Shown here: in pieces, positions 24,256 through 37,460 of the stretch
How positions within the stretch are numbered: position 1 is the first letter of the stretch
Layout: each line of letters begins with the position of its first letter
Notes under the pieces: generated by a model
Seen by the model: only the letters and a program-made list of their open reading frames with translations
Database searches by the model: none
Told to the model about the DNA's origin: nothing
Position numbers and translations under genes: made by a program
Assembly (NCBI GenBank): GCA_907165135.1
Contig: OU015569.1
Span: 3,782,001-3,846,000 of the forward strand
Source: Oikopleura dioica
Taxonomy: Eukaryota > Animalia > Chordata
DNA length: 64,000 bases
Direction of reading: 5' to 3'

Positions 24256-25340
24256 TCAGGCAGTGTAAAAATGGGTGGGCCAGTGGCAAGTTATAAAGTC
24301 TAGTAATAAAACGAGCATATCAATATTCGATTGAGTCACTCTCATTTGTGCACGGGCGGGAAAAGTTTGAATTTTCGCTATGGGTGAGAGGATATCGTTT
24401 CTCAGTGGTGTCCTCATCGACCATCTGAGGAAATGCAGCGTCGTGAGCAAGAGAATCATAACTACGAAGGGCAAGTAGCACGCGATCATTTGGAGGAGCT
24501 TTTCCAAATTTATATGTTTTGTTCGACGCAGGAGAAGGTGGCTATTAATTTGATAAAAAATATCAGTAAGGTCATTACCATAATTCGTCCAGGTGGTGAG
24601 TTTTCAAGAGAGCCTGTGCGAGAGTCGAAGTCGCTGGTTTCTTCTTCGTTGTAAAAATAAACTTCTGAATTGAGACAGTTGATCAGGTCAGATGCGTCTA
24701 TTGATGGTGGTCGTGGTGGAACCCGTCCGTCTGAAACTCAATATTATCTTCAAAACAGTCTTTTCCGAGTGACCTTGTGGAGTGTACACACACGGGCGAA
24801 TAGAGAGATGTTCGTTTTCTGAGTTTCCTCCTGATAGTCCTAGGAGTTCTTCGCTAAAGCTATCAAGACTACTCGATCGAGAACGACGAGAAAGCGGTCG
24901 ACGGGGGCTTCCCAATTCAAGCGTTTCCCTCACTCCCATTGCTGGAGACTGAGGTCGACTATTAGGGCGGCTGTTTGGACCAACTTGATAACCACGAGCT
25001 TCGCGACTGTAAAATACGATAATATTTTGAAAGGGCTAGTTAACAATACTATGCATCGAAATCGTCAGCTCTGTCGCCGCTAATGTTAGGTAGATTCGCA
25101 AGCATGTCTCTAGTATTCCAAGGCTTTGAAGGCAAAATGTTGTTTTGGAGTCGACTCTGGGGTTTTCTCCTAGCGAGTGGACTGTTTTGACATCCTATCG
25201 CCACTCCTGGAGCATTCGTCTAAGAAGACAGACATCTTGTGACTCTAATTCTCACTTGAATTGAATACCTGATCCTCAGAAGCGACAGGGAATACCTTCA
25301 ACGGAGGGAGAACTGACCTATCCTTTTTCGAGCTCTTCAT
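24256..25340 (-). CDS. Hypothetical Ser/Arg/Pro-rich protein, multi-exon, 3' end uncertain
   Basis: ATG at 25340 preceded by an acceptor-like TTTTATAG. Open exons MKSSKKDRSVLPPLKVFPVASED and SREARGYQVGPNSRPNSRPQSPAMG...SRRSRSSSLDSFSEE. Confidence 0.4.
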
Positions 25341-25399
25341 TCTATAAAACAACAATGTTCACTAAGTGAACTTCACTTTACCAGGCTAATATGAAGAAA

Positions 25400-26900
25400 G
25401 ATAGGTTAGTATTTGAAGGACGCTACAGAAATGATTAGACTTTAACGAGTTTCTCTTCTGACATCAGTCTGATGATTTGGTCTCGGAGAGGTTCAGTCGA
25501 GATTTCGGCTAAATCTTCGCGACGTAGTAAGGTACGATTTGCCAAGTTAGAGAGATTATCGTTTTGGTAGGTTTTTTTGACATAATCTGAAAAGAAAATG
25601 AAAACGACGTTGCCTCAGAATAAATGAAGACGAGAAAAAACTTACTTATAACGTCTTGTCTTGGCAGTAATTGGGACTTCGAAAGTGAGTGCTCATCGAG
25701 TACAGACTCGTAATACTTAAGATTTCGCTGGGCAGTTTGATCAGTCGGAGCTTAAAATATTTTTAAATACGCAATAGATTACTTGGCGCTCACCGATTAA
25801 AGATAGTGTCTTTGCAGCGTTGGCTCCTTTCAGGATGTGTTTTTCTTGAAAGTAGCAAAATTGAAGATAGTGCAAGATTTCCTGCGGAGTGTCTGCATTT
25901 CGTTTGCTCCAGACTTCAGCCGCCATTTTATTCCGACAAGCGATCCGGCACTCGTTCACTTCCATCTCCATATGTGCAAGATGAGTCCAGCTCTCTTGAA
26001 GTGAGTCGAAGTCCCTTGGCATTTTAAAGCAAAGACTTTCGCATTCATTTGAGTCTTCGAAAAACTCTAGTAGGGCTTTCTCCATATGCTCAATGCACGC
26101 TTTGTAATCGTTTGTTTCGTAAGACTCGACGCTGAACGGTTGTTATTTTGAAGACTTCAGTTGCTGATTACCCTTGTTTGTAGTGCTTGTTATACATCGC
26201 CGATTCATAATTGACAAGTTTTTCTTCCTTGATCGCTTGGTCCACGACCCGATAGGCACCTTTGTAAAATTCCAAGTTGTGCATCATATCATCCCATGCA
26301 GGATCGTCCTTAGATCGCAACGATAGAAACGTATACGCAGAGTTGGCCGCCTTGAGGCCGTCTTTTAGATTGTGATAGGATATTTGCAAATAGTTGTAGA
26401 TTTCATACGAGTCGATCGCTTTTTGAACACTGTAATTTGGCTTCTTTTCTTTCATCAGCCGCGCGAAAGGGTGTTCCAAGAAGCAATCTTTAAGGCACGT
26501 GCTTTGTTCCAAAAGATTTTTAAAGAAGACATGTTCTCCATCATCAAGATCTTCGAAAGAAGCCAACTGCAACTTCGTGAATTCGACGTTTGGAATGTGA
26601 CATTTGTGGTGACAAGAGCTCAGTAAATTGTTCTGCATTCGATAGCTGATCAGAAGTCTTTCGAAATTTCTCACAGCTTTATTCGAGGATTAAAAAATAC
26701 TCAAATCAACGAAATAATCAGAGATAGACTATTAAATAGTAATTTTGAAAATCCTCGCCTTCAGCGTAATCGTTTCTCGAGTAAGCTTCATAGCCTTCCG
26801 TCCAAAGTTCGTTGATACCACGCAAGAGATGTTGCGGCACTTGAGCATAAACGTAGCCAAAAACTAGAAGGGACCATTTTGCAAAGCAACTAGCCACCAT
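25400..26900 (-). CDS. CRTAP/P3H4 (leprecan family N-terminal type) protein, 3' end uncertain
   Basis: Signal peptide, then C-x3-C pairs (CHHKC, CLKDC, CESLC, CRIAC) and the motifs YNYLQISY...AANSAYTFL...MMHNLEFY and LHYLQFCY...GANAAKT. No 2OG-dioxygenase domain follows. Confidence 0.8.
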
Positions 26901-26985
26901 TCTTAAAATGTAAATTCGAAGGACTATTTTTACGAAAATATAAAATATTATTTTATTAAAATAACTGTAGAAAAGAGAGGTGGCT

Positions 26986-27304
26986 CTAACGACGGATGAC
27001 AAATTCAGTAAAGTTGCAATCCCCAACGTCAAGTTTCGTTATGTCACAACGGTCGATTCGGGATTTAGGGCTACCTTTTCGCGATAAAAAATTCTCAAAT
27101 TCTTTTAATTTATCTTCTGGGCCGGAAGCTTCTCCAATGACCGTGCCCTTTTTAGTGTTCTCGACCTAGAGGAAATATGAATAACTGTTCCCACAGTTTG
27201 CCGCTCACCCAACCGCAAATACCAAGCTCGTCAGCTGCTTTCTTCGTGTATTTTCGGAAAAACACTCTCTGTACTTTTCCATGAACTTCAAACGAAATTA
27301 TCAT
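26986..27304 (-). CDS. ACYP: Acylphosphatase (two exons; absent from the ORF track)
   Basis: MIISFEVHGKVQRVFFRKYTKKAADELGICGW|VENTKKGTVIGEASGPEDKLKEFENFLSRKGSPKSRIDRC...FVIRR*, with a GTGAG...TAG intron. Catalytic Arg and Asn are retained. Confidence 0.9.
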
Positions 27305-27443
27305 TCAGAAAATCTAAAAGGAATCTAATCAGTAATGAAGATTATATCATGAATTTGAACGTGGACAAGTTAGCTTCACAAATAAAATAACTGATAATCT
27401 TAAGTTCGGCAGTGATATATATTCAATACAAGAGAAATTAACA

Positions 27444-28434
27444 TCAGTTTTCTTTGTAAACCTTTAAAAACGCCTTTACAACCGATGGGTGAGTAAGCGC
27501 ATGAAAAAAGCGATGGTCTTCTTTAATTTCATCGACATTTACACAGCCTTCTTTTTCGCTTCTTTGGATAAGTTTAGCCAGATGCTTGATGTCTCCGAGT
27601 TCTTCGTTTTTTTCGACGATCGGCACTCTTAAAACGTCGATGAAAACTATTGGGATCGTTTCGTTTACGGGAAAAGCCGTGCTTCGGAGCAGACTTTTGT
27701 GATGATCCGGGTTGCCACCTCGCTCTCGGACGCGTCACTATCGTGTGAAGACGACGCTGGACAAGCAGACTGAACAGTTGATTGGAGAATTGTCTCGGTT
27801 TAGTTTAGTAACGCACCCAAATATTAACGCTTATCGCTTCGGTAAGGCTGATAACAGAGTGCCACCAACCAGGTGGAACCACCAGCATATCCCCTGGTAC
27901 CAGTTCAAACGTCAACGCATCATTTACATCGCTAAGATTGATATTTCTACCCCAGACGGTGCTTGCCTCATACGGGCATCTTGTAGATTTTATTCCAGAG
28001 CTTTGAGGGGGAGCGAGAGTCCATTCTTTCTTCCCATAAATTTGGCAAACCACGTTGAAGCCATGCGAGTCTTGATGGAGTTTGGTGCCGGCTCCTCGAG
28101 AGCCCCACCAAAGACAGGAGTCACCGCCAGTATCTTTCAGTCCAAGTTCTTCCCAAGGTGGGATCTTATCGATCAGATCCTCGTTGTGGCTCATCCTGTG
28201 ATAGGCCACGTAGAAATGTTCGCAATCTTGCAAATTTGCTACGTCGACGTCCATCGGCTTACAAATCTGTTCATCGTTGAGTTCTTGTTGGTTTTCTGCT
28301 GTTCGAGCTTCCACTGGACTCTTCAGAATGGACCGCAACTTTCCTGGAGTCCATTTCAAACATTCCCAGTGCGATGGAACCGCGGTTACATAGGGTTTTT
28401 CACGATATTTTATTGCCGACTCGGAACTATTCAT
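27444..28434 (-). CDS. HSPBAP1: JmjC-domain protein HSPBAP1-like
   Basis: CLWWGSRGAGTKLHQDSHGFNVVCQIYGKKEW...TRCPYEASTVW...GDMLVVPPGWWHSV...AISVNIW. Confidence 0.85.
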
Positions 28435-28545
28435 TTTATCTTAATTTGATGTTCAAAAGTTCGATTGAATACGGAACGATCATTGCAGGAAAATGACTCA
28501 GAAAAAGGAAAGAGACGAATATAGAAGAAAAGGGAAGAAAGTTAC

Positions 28546-29273
28546 TTATTCAAGGCGGGACTTGCTGGCGACTGCGGCATCTAAAATCAAAGTTCCTTTT
28601 CCTTCGAAAAGGGCTACCTTTACCTTAAGATATCTGTTCTGGCCAGCTATGATTGAGGTATTTGGTCGCAGGTAGGGGTTAACAGCAGGACTGGATGGAC
28701 ATTTTGCGCGCGGTGTTGTAGGATTGTATGCAGTCGGCATTGGCATTTCAGACGGGTTGAAGATGCTTTTGTGACTGTTCATAATTGAGATTCGTCCACG
28801 CTATAATAATTTTAAGGTCGAACTTATTCAAACACTCAAGTACCCCGTCTCCTTCGTTGGCTGAGCCATAGCTGGTCGGTTTTCGACTTTCAGCCCAGTT
28901 GCCCAAGAGTTGTTGACTTGCAGCGTCTCTTTGCCGTCGTTCGTCTTCTTCTCTCGACACTTTTTTGAGCTCATTGAAAAGACGATGTTTTTCTTCACGA
29001 AGCTTTTCTAACTTCTTTTCCATTTCGTCGAGCTCAAATGTGACGTCTTGCAAGGATTGCGCTTGGTTGAGCATACGCTGTTTTTTCTCTTCTAGTTTTC
29101 GCTGCTTTTCCTTTTCTTTTTCTTCAGCTTGCTCCTCGAGCTAAAACCGAGATATCTATAAAATATATGTGAGATATTCATACCTTTCTTTTTCGCATAA
29201 TTTGCTGTGCGAGACATCGGAGAATGGTGTCATCCTTCCAAAGATCAGGAATTTTGTGAACAGCGCCCGGCAT
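28546..29273 (-). CDS. GPS2: G protein pathway suppressor 2-like
   Basis: N-terminus MPGAVHKIPDL...LAQQIMRKE, a coiled coil LEKLREEKHRLFNELKKVSREEDERRQR (the GPS2 signature) and a Pro-rich C-terminus. Confidence 0.75.
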
Positions 29274-29446
29274 AGATCCCAACCAATTATCTTATACAAT
29301 TGCTTTAGTCGATTGAAGTTGTTAAGAGAAGAAATGAAGACAGTCTTGGTATTTATTAGATGGCATTTGAAAAAGGATGATTGATATCAATATAACAGAA
29401 AGTATTTAGTGCAGCTTTACAGAATATGATGATAATAAAGACAAAA

Positions 29447-32088
29447 TTATTGGAACTGTGAAGATATTTCATCAAGCGATTTTCCTCGTGTTTCGGGTAA
29501 AAAGATAAACTCGAAAATGGCAACAATTGCGGTCAAGATTGCGAATAGCCAGTAAGTCCAATCCTGGCCCAGCTCGGCGAACATTTGCTGGAGAAAGAAG
29601 GTCAAAAGAAACGATGCGCCCCAGTTAACAGTTCCACATAGTTAGGGTTTCTCACGGGAAAATGGTAGTTATCACTTTTTTCTTACAATTTCACTGTAGG
29701 CATAATTTGACCCGCTGATTCCAAAAATACAAAAATCAGAGGCGCTGGTCAAGGTTTTGGTGGTGCGGCGCGCGCTGTCTTGGCGCATTTGGTGCAAGGG
29801 TGATTTTTCAGTGAAAATTTCCCAAAATAGTTTTCTATAGGTTTTTGAACATGGTGAGCCCGAAAGTAATAGTTATTTTGGCTAAATAAGAGTTATTATT
29901 AAACATCAGTATCTTACAACATATGCGACTCTGATTTCTCTGGAAAAAATAAGAATAGTCTGCTTTGACTTCTTTGTTAAATCTCTGGAGAAGTTTGGAT
30001 TCCTTCTCCCGAAGGAATACGCTCTTTTACTTTTGTTAATCTTGACCCTTGTTGCAAACCGATGTTCAGAAACTAATTGACAATTAGCTTTTTTCGGAAT
30101 TTTCGATGGTAAGTCACATTATTTACAATGAAATTATCATATTTGAATCGAAAATCCCCCAATTATTGCATCGAACCACTTTATTTCGTCACCTTCCACA
30201 GAAAGGTTCGGACTGCTCTCCGGGGGAGTGAGTAAATATGCGCGTTTTCAGCCCAGGCGGTGACCCCGTGCGCGACTCCAGCGCCCGCGCAACGCCAGAA
30301 AGTTCTAGTTAAATGCAGATTTCCGGGTGTCCTACCAGATCCTGCTATTCCAAAATTTGAGAGGTGATTACTAAGTGCCTAAAGTTTATCATATTCGAAA
30401 ATGAAGAGTGTGCTAAAGTGTGATCAGTGTTTGGGAGGCAATTTTCCAAAAAAATTCCCCCATTTTCGCCTTTTTTTAACATTAACTTAAATTATAATTC
30501 TTAATTATTAATGTACACCTTCGATTTGGTACTATCTGTGAGTTTCATGAAAAAAATATAGACAATTAGTGAAGATAAAAATCGCGGTGAGAAGGCGTTC
30601 CGAGCCCCGCGCGCTCCCGTGAAAAACCCTACACATAGTGATGAGCAAGTCCCCTTTGCTCTGTTGTCGAAGAACTCGCCGATCAACAGCCACGGAACAG
30701 GACCTAACGTAAAAATCAGGCTAAATATAGAGTGAAAACGTTTACCTTCTCCAAGAGCAAAGGATAAACTAAACAAGACAATTGAAGTCAATCCGACGTA
30801 TTCCATCCATGAGGGACCGACTCCTCTCATGTTGTAATTTTCATAAACTCCAAAAACTGTCAAGCAAACAATCATTCCTATAGCGGAGGTGAAGAGCCAA
30901 AATCGACGGCCGGCTTTATCCATCAAAGAGGACGAGATAACAGTCCCGATAACTTGAGATAGACCAAGCAAGATCGAGGCTAAGTTAGCGTCTGTCATTC
31001 CAGCAGCGGCAAAGATCGTTTCAGCGTAGAACAAAATGCAGTTGATTCCGCAAAGCTGCTGACCCGCATGAATGACTTGACAAAAAATGTATTTTTAAAA
31101 TTTACAACTTTATCTACCGAGCATGATAAACAGAGGAGTTCGCAGATGTCTCGTTGATAGAATTTCTCGGATCGATGCATTCCCGTGTTGAGTCTGGAGC
31201 AGAACGGACTCTTCGATCTCCTCTATCTCCTTTGCAATGAGCGGACTGGATAAATCTTGCGCCCGAAGATACGCTAAATTTCGGCGCGCAGATATTCTGT
31301 CTTTGCGCATAAGGAGCCATCTAGGAGAGCTTGGCACCATTATGAACACGAGAACAGCGCCGACTGCTGTAAAACTGAGCGAGTAAAGCGCCGCATGCTG
31401 CCAAACAAGCCATCGTCCTGCCAAATAGCCGAGCAAAATTCCAACAGTGACTATTGAAGGAGAATAGCTTAAAAAAACTAACTTGACAACGGCTCACCCA
31501 TGAATTGGAATCCGGCACCGAAAAGTCCTCGCACATCAGGAGTAGATACTTCTCCAATGTAAGTAGGACACGCAATACTCATAACACCACAGGCGATACC
31601 GGTCTTGAGGCGACCGACAATGGCCGTCTCCATCGACGAAATATCCATGCAAAGAAGCATCCACCCAATGGCGAACAGTGAGCAGCCTACAAGCATGATG
31701 CACTTTCGTCCAAACTTCTCACAGGCTGAAAAGTAGTCACTGGAGCTTATAAAAATGGTATAAGACTTACCTGGACCAGCAGCTAGTGAGCCTACGGCAG
31801 CACCGATAGTGATAATACTTCCAAACCATGAAATTTGACTAGGCGTACTTGTTATGTGAGGATCCTTTTGAATTGATGGAATTGCGCCAGATGAATAACT
31901 CAGCGTTAAACCGATTATTATGGGGCACATATAAGACGCCAGGATCACTTTCTAATTATTTTAAAATTATTTACACCCTCTGAAGGTTTTCTTACGTAAA
32001 TATTCGTCTTTCTTGTTGGAGCACCATGCGAAGAGAGTACATCATCTGCTGGATTCTCATTATCAACAAGAATCTCTTGATCGCCCAT
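29447..32088 (-). CDS. MFS sugar porter, GLUT6/GLUT8 (SLC2A6/8, Tret1-like), interrupted by an exonic insertion
   Basis: EKFGRK, PTYIGEVSTPDVRGLFG, PSSPRWLL, QQLCGINCILFY, MDKAGRR, GPVPWLLIGE and PETRGKSLDEI. N-terminal EILV dileucine-like motif. Confidence 0.9.
29643..30631. mobile_element. 989-bp hAT-like non-autonomous element with an 8-bp TSD, inside a coding exon
   Basis: CACATAGT|TAGGGTTTCTCACGGGA ... TCCCGTGAAAAACCCTA|CACATAGT (TSDs at 29635-29642 and 30632-30639). Confidence 0.92.
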
Positions 32089-32713
32089 GCTTTTTTAATT
32101 TGGCCCGTTTGTGATCGATTTTGTCGTTACCCCATCAAAAGCACGAATTTGCGAAAAACAATCATTTTTTCAGAATCGCAAATACTGGAGCAAACGCTTC
32201 ATAATTATCGAATTCTCTACAATATTGAAATAAATACAAATTTTATAGCGAAAATACTTGTGATAAAACGAATTCTAATTGATAACTGGAATGCTCAGAG
32301 TTTTTGGCGTAAGTGCAAATAGGTTTGTAAGGTAGAAATGGCAAGTGAACATTGGGAGCGAGGATAAATCTCAGTACGTTGTTTTGCATAAGAAACTGTC
32401 GTGGTAAGGCGCTACTGTAATAAAAAGTGTTTGCTACTGGCAATGTTTCGAAGTGAAAACACATTATCATATTTAACTAAAAATTCGACTCAAGGATATC
32501 TTCTTTCTTCTGATGGAGTTCCATCAGTGAGACTAAATAAAATAATACATGCTATAGAAGAATTAACACACTTTCGGCGCATTTTTTGCAAATAGGGCAG
32601 TGGAGAAAGAGATATCTGTTATTTATTTTTTTAAGTTGGTACAGCTGTGCAAGAGAATAAAGGGTGAACAGAGGTGACGGTGAAAGTGTGAGATATTGTT
32701 GGCTTGGGTTTAT

Positions 32714-35700
32714 TTACAAGGCTGTGTGGAATTTCTTATTGAGTAGGTGAATGAGCAGATTCACGTTGACTTTCGCTTTCTCGTCCAGCTTGATGACAGA
32801 CACATTCTCATACTGCTTTTGCAAGAGGTCTTGCAAGATGAGCGTTGTTGTGAAGACGCTGACGCCAAGGTAAAAGGCTTCGATAGACCACTGTCCATTG
32901 ACCAACAAAGGTTTGATAATGAACTAAAAAGATTTCTTTCAGTTCAAGATGATCTAATAAATATTACCTTGAGATGCTTCGTGTTCTTAACTTCATCCCC
33001 GTCTAGACTTAGTAGGATGCCCTTCTTGATAAGCTGTTCCGCGCTATATTTGATCTCCTTCTTTTCTTTTCTCGACTTCAAGCGGAACGAGGCGCCCTTG
33101 GCTGGTTTCGACTTTGCCTGCTTGTCGTCGACCGACTGTTTGGCCAAGCAATCGGCAATGTAACGCTCGTAATATTCACGCTGTTCTTCGTAGTACTTGC
33201 GCTTGTTTATCAGTCTTGCTCGGGTGAGACGGAGCTGTTCGATTTCGCTCTTGCGTGCTCTTCTGAGGCGGTGTTTTTCACGGATGTCTTCGCAAATCAG
33301 CTTCACCAGATCGTCTTCCGACTCGAGAATTCCATTCGCGATGAGGGTCTTGACGTTGGCCTTGATAGTCTCACGGTCGTTCATCAAGTTTGATTGCGTG
33401 TCTGTGGAGTACTTTTTCATTGTTTCAAATGGAACAACCTCGTTTAAATACTCTCGCAGATTCCTAGAGGATTGATACTCGATCGCCGTACAGAGGAGGC
33501 GTTTTGTCTCATTGAGAAGTTTGCGCATTTCCATGGCAAGCGCGTCCTCGTCACTCTGGTCGATATTCACGGACAAACTGAGATGAATATGATAGGAGAG
33601 AGCATCCGAGTCGTTTATATTTCTAAATTCGCTTCCAAGAAGCACCTCTGGCTCTGGTATCTCCTTCATTCCAGCAAGCAGATCGTGGAGAGGATCATCT
33701 TGATTCGAAGTAATTGATTCCGAAAATTGTAGGAGAAGTTTGTGCGTCTCAAGAAGGTCTTTTATTGTCAGCGTTATTTTCGGTTTTTCGATTTCAACAA
33801 CATCAGAGTATTTGGACATTTGAAAAACCTCTTCCGGCTCCGCGACGTTGATAACTGCCTTGAAAAAAGTTCGGAAACGCTTCGAATTTAGAGCTGTCGC
33901 TTTTCTTATCGTCTCGTGCTCCGCTGTCTTCGGCGGCAAGGAGCCGTCAGCGATGTCTTTGCCTGTGGTATAGGATGCGGAATGCTGCAAAAAGCGGGCA
34001 ATCTGACCGAGCTTCTTCCTCGTCTTTTGGTCAAGAGCTGTTCCGGCAGGAAGATCAATAACGTCAAAGGCTTCTGGCGCGCAAATCGCTGGATTTAAAA
34101 ACCGATAGTAGATTAGGTTTCCTACGGAAACAAGAAGCAGTTCTTCCGATGCATCAGGGAATTTATTTGCAAGAGCTTTATACATCACCTTCGCTTGGTA
34201 TCGAAGTCCGTAAGGAAGACTTTTTACTGAGGCAGTTATTGAAGACATGAACCCATCAACAAGTGATGTCAATTTCGTGATGTTTTCTTCGAAAATTTCC
34301 ACAACTTCTGGTACAGCCGCTGCTTTGTCTTCAGTTATTTCCGCGTCAAGTCCAACGAGTACGCCGTTTTCTGTTTCTTTACGCTGAGCCCATTTTTTGT
34401 ACGTTTCAACTATGCTCCACTCAAGATTCAACTCATCACAGCGCGAGATGATCTCTTTAACACGCTCGCCGAGAATGTCGCGAAGGGATTCCCTGTTTCC
34501 ATAATTACTTCCGACTTTCATGCCGATTCCACGGTAAAAGTTGACGATCAATTTCACTGCCAGAACCCCGTTTGTCATAAGGTCTTTGGGTGTAGACACC
34601 TTCTGAGAGATTTCTTCCTCAAGGGCAGACCGGAAAAGTTTGAGCAAAAGGTACTGCTCTCGCTTTTGCTGGGCGTAGTCGTAAGTGGCGAACACTGAAA
34701 GCTTTTTTTTAAATCAAGATCTCTACAAGAAGCACAATTTTCATGACTATCGAATTCCGGGACTTACCAATATTTTGAACGAAGTTGTTAGACTTGACCA
34801 TTGGCAAGCAAAAGAGCAGTTTGGAGAAGTAAATTGGCTCTGTCTGCAAAAGTGCGAACAATCTTTCATAAGAGTCCACTAATTGCTGCGTTTCTTTGGT
34901 GAGTCGCCCCAGGTTAACGGTTGAATTTTCACGGTTTCCAAGAGAAGATGATGATGTTTTCTGCTTGCGGATTTTCTTTAGGTGGTTACTCGCATCATTA
35001 AGTGAGATTCTGTTCTTTACTAAAAGTCCAATCTTCACATCCATTTGGTCAAGCTTATCGTCCAAGTCGTCGTTCTCTCGCACTCTGTTAATGATCTCTT
35101 TCTTCAACTGGCAAATTTCTTCTTCCTCGCTCAAATCAAGATCTGTGTGCTCGAGCAAGTGAACAAAATGTCGAACCGCTCGTAGAGTTGCTGTTCCTTT
35201 TGAAACACCTTTATAATCATTGCGCAGGTGACAGCTTCTCCACCAAGATTGAATTCGAATTATTACATCTTCTTGCTCTCTCAAATACTTCAACCTTCGA
35301 ATGTAGCGCAGACGCTCTTTTAGCATTCTGAAGTTGCTTTGCAGTAGCAACACGCTGTCAATATTAGCTTCCCAATGCTTTTTCTTCTCCCGCATTTCTT
35401 TTCTTACTTTCCAACCTCTATAATACGACTGGAGGACGATTACAGGGCGCTCTTGTTCTTTCAGGTAATTCAGTCGGCTTTGAAAAGCTCGTTTTTGTAG
35501 AAACATTCGGATTGCCGATTGAATCGTTATTACAGCTGGAGTATTACGCTGCCAGGCTTCCATCTTGATGAGAGCAGCAGTGACATCCTCTACGACCCCC
35601 TTGATCTCCACCGAGGTGAGCATTTTCTGTTCCGAGTTATAATCATACGAATCAGGAGCTTCCCAGTAAGCCTAAGAAGCGTTATTATCATTTTTAATGA

Positions 35701-37460
35701 TATAATTTTATACCTCAAGATTTTGGGTGTCGAAGAAGAAGAATGAGCCATTGATTATTTCTACTATCCAATCAGTTTCGATGCTTCCAGCAAGACTACT
35801 ATCTTTCTTCACTTTTGCGTCGACAAGTGCTTCGTAATATGCCTGGACACTGTCTGGGAATATCTGATACTCGAGTACATCCGTAAGAAGCATCTCTTCG
35901 AAGCGTTCTTCACAATCCTCCTCATCGAGAAGCAGATTGATTGCCATCACTGCGGAGCATCTTTTCTTCATAAATTCGAACTGTTTCTTAGTCTCATACA
36001 CGGCCTCTTTGATGTCATCGTATCCAAGTTCTATTGTAAAGAATTTAGAATTAACATAAACGAGCGAGATTTACCTTCGTAGCATTCAAGGTGGGACTGT
36101 AGAATAGAAGCGTATCTTGATTTATGCGATTCTTCTAGGTCACTATTTATTTCTAAATAGGGATCCTGAAGAGCTTCAAAAATATGAGCCGCTTCGCCAT
36201 CTGCTACAACTTCGTTGACTGTCTGTACTGCTTCGAGACGCTTTTCAGAAAGTAGTTGTTGGGCACTTGCTGCCTCTTCTTCCTGAGTAAGATAGGTGAG
36301 CACAACGAGAGCAAATTATCTCCGTTTACCTTGATTGCTGCGTTAATTTTGAAAATTTCTTCTTGAACTTCGCTGTGCGTCAGGCGAGTTTGGTAAACAT
36401 CATCATTGTCAAAGCTGGCGAAGCTTGAATTTGGATCGAGGGCTGCTTTTTCTAGTGACTCGGCCGAATGAGATTCGGCTTTGATATTTTTGAAGTGTTT
36501 CATCTCGCATGAATATTTTTCGATGTTATCTTCACTGACACCTTCGATTCGCGCATCTGGATTCAAAAGTGCTTCTTTCAAATCATCGAAATTATCCTGT
36601 TATTTGGCTCAGAAAATAAAAAATCAAATTTGAAGCATATCGATAAAATGTCGTTATCTTTTAGCCATTCCTCATCGAGAGCTTGATTGATTCTCAAAAT
36701 GGCAGCATGATGAAGAGCCTCGTCTTCAGAGATCTCTGCAGCGAGAATGCCGCCTATTTTAGCGAAAGAAGGGAGCTTTATTCCGTAACCATCGAGGGCC
36801 ACTTGCATGGCTGAAAGTTCTTCTTCTGTAAATTTCAGGATTCCTTCAAGATCGTCCATTTTCGGCGCTTTGCCTAATTTCGAGAGGTGCATCGCCAGCG
36901 CGTGAATACAGTAGATCAATCTCGGCAGATTCTTTTTGTCGTAAATGTCAGTAGTTTCCGGATAGAAGGAACTCGGCAGAGAGACCTAGATAAAATTTAA
37001 GACATCAGTTTTCTACTAAAACTCACCTTTGTCATCGCATCTCGGAAAATGTTGATGTTGTCTGTGTGCCGAAAGTGGAGGCCCTTCGTTTCGTAGTGCT
37101 CGTGATTCTCGTCGAAGATCCGGCTGCTAATAGATGGGGCGATCGCTTTGCCTAGTTTTGCTATAACAATGCCGTTGGCAAGGCTTTCTTCCATTCCATC
37201 GGTAACTGCAGGAAGCTTTGTCTGACTCATCGCCTCAATCCACCGTTTCGCTTCTTCCAGCCGGCAGAGATAATTGTAAACGATCTAAAATGTAAAAAAA
37301 ACTCCTAGTGAACTAATCTCACCGATTTTTCTCGCTCGTTGTCCATGTCCTCGCCAGTCGGACGTTCGGAAACATTTGTCCACACGTGGATTTCATCCGT
37401 CGACGGGGTACAACTAATGGCGGAAATCCGCTGCAGCTCAGCGCTTTCCATCTCCGCCAT
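32714..37460 (-). CDS. IQGAP: IQGAP scaffold (CH, repeat, IQ, RasGAP-like and RGCT domains)
   Basis: YNYLCRLEEAKRWIE...LANGIVIAKLG...LHFRHTDNI, IYCIHALAMHL, IQ motifs, YRFLNPAICAPEAFD, YSAEQLIKKGIL and VNVNLLIHLLNKKF. Confidence 0.95.

Noticed and set aside
27712-28449. 245-aa plus-strand ORF
   Set aside because: Antisense to the well-supported HSPBAP1 JmjC exon, with no motif of its own.
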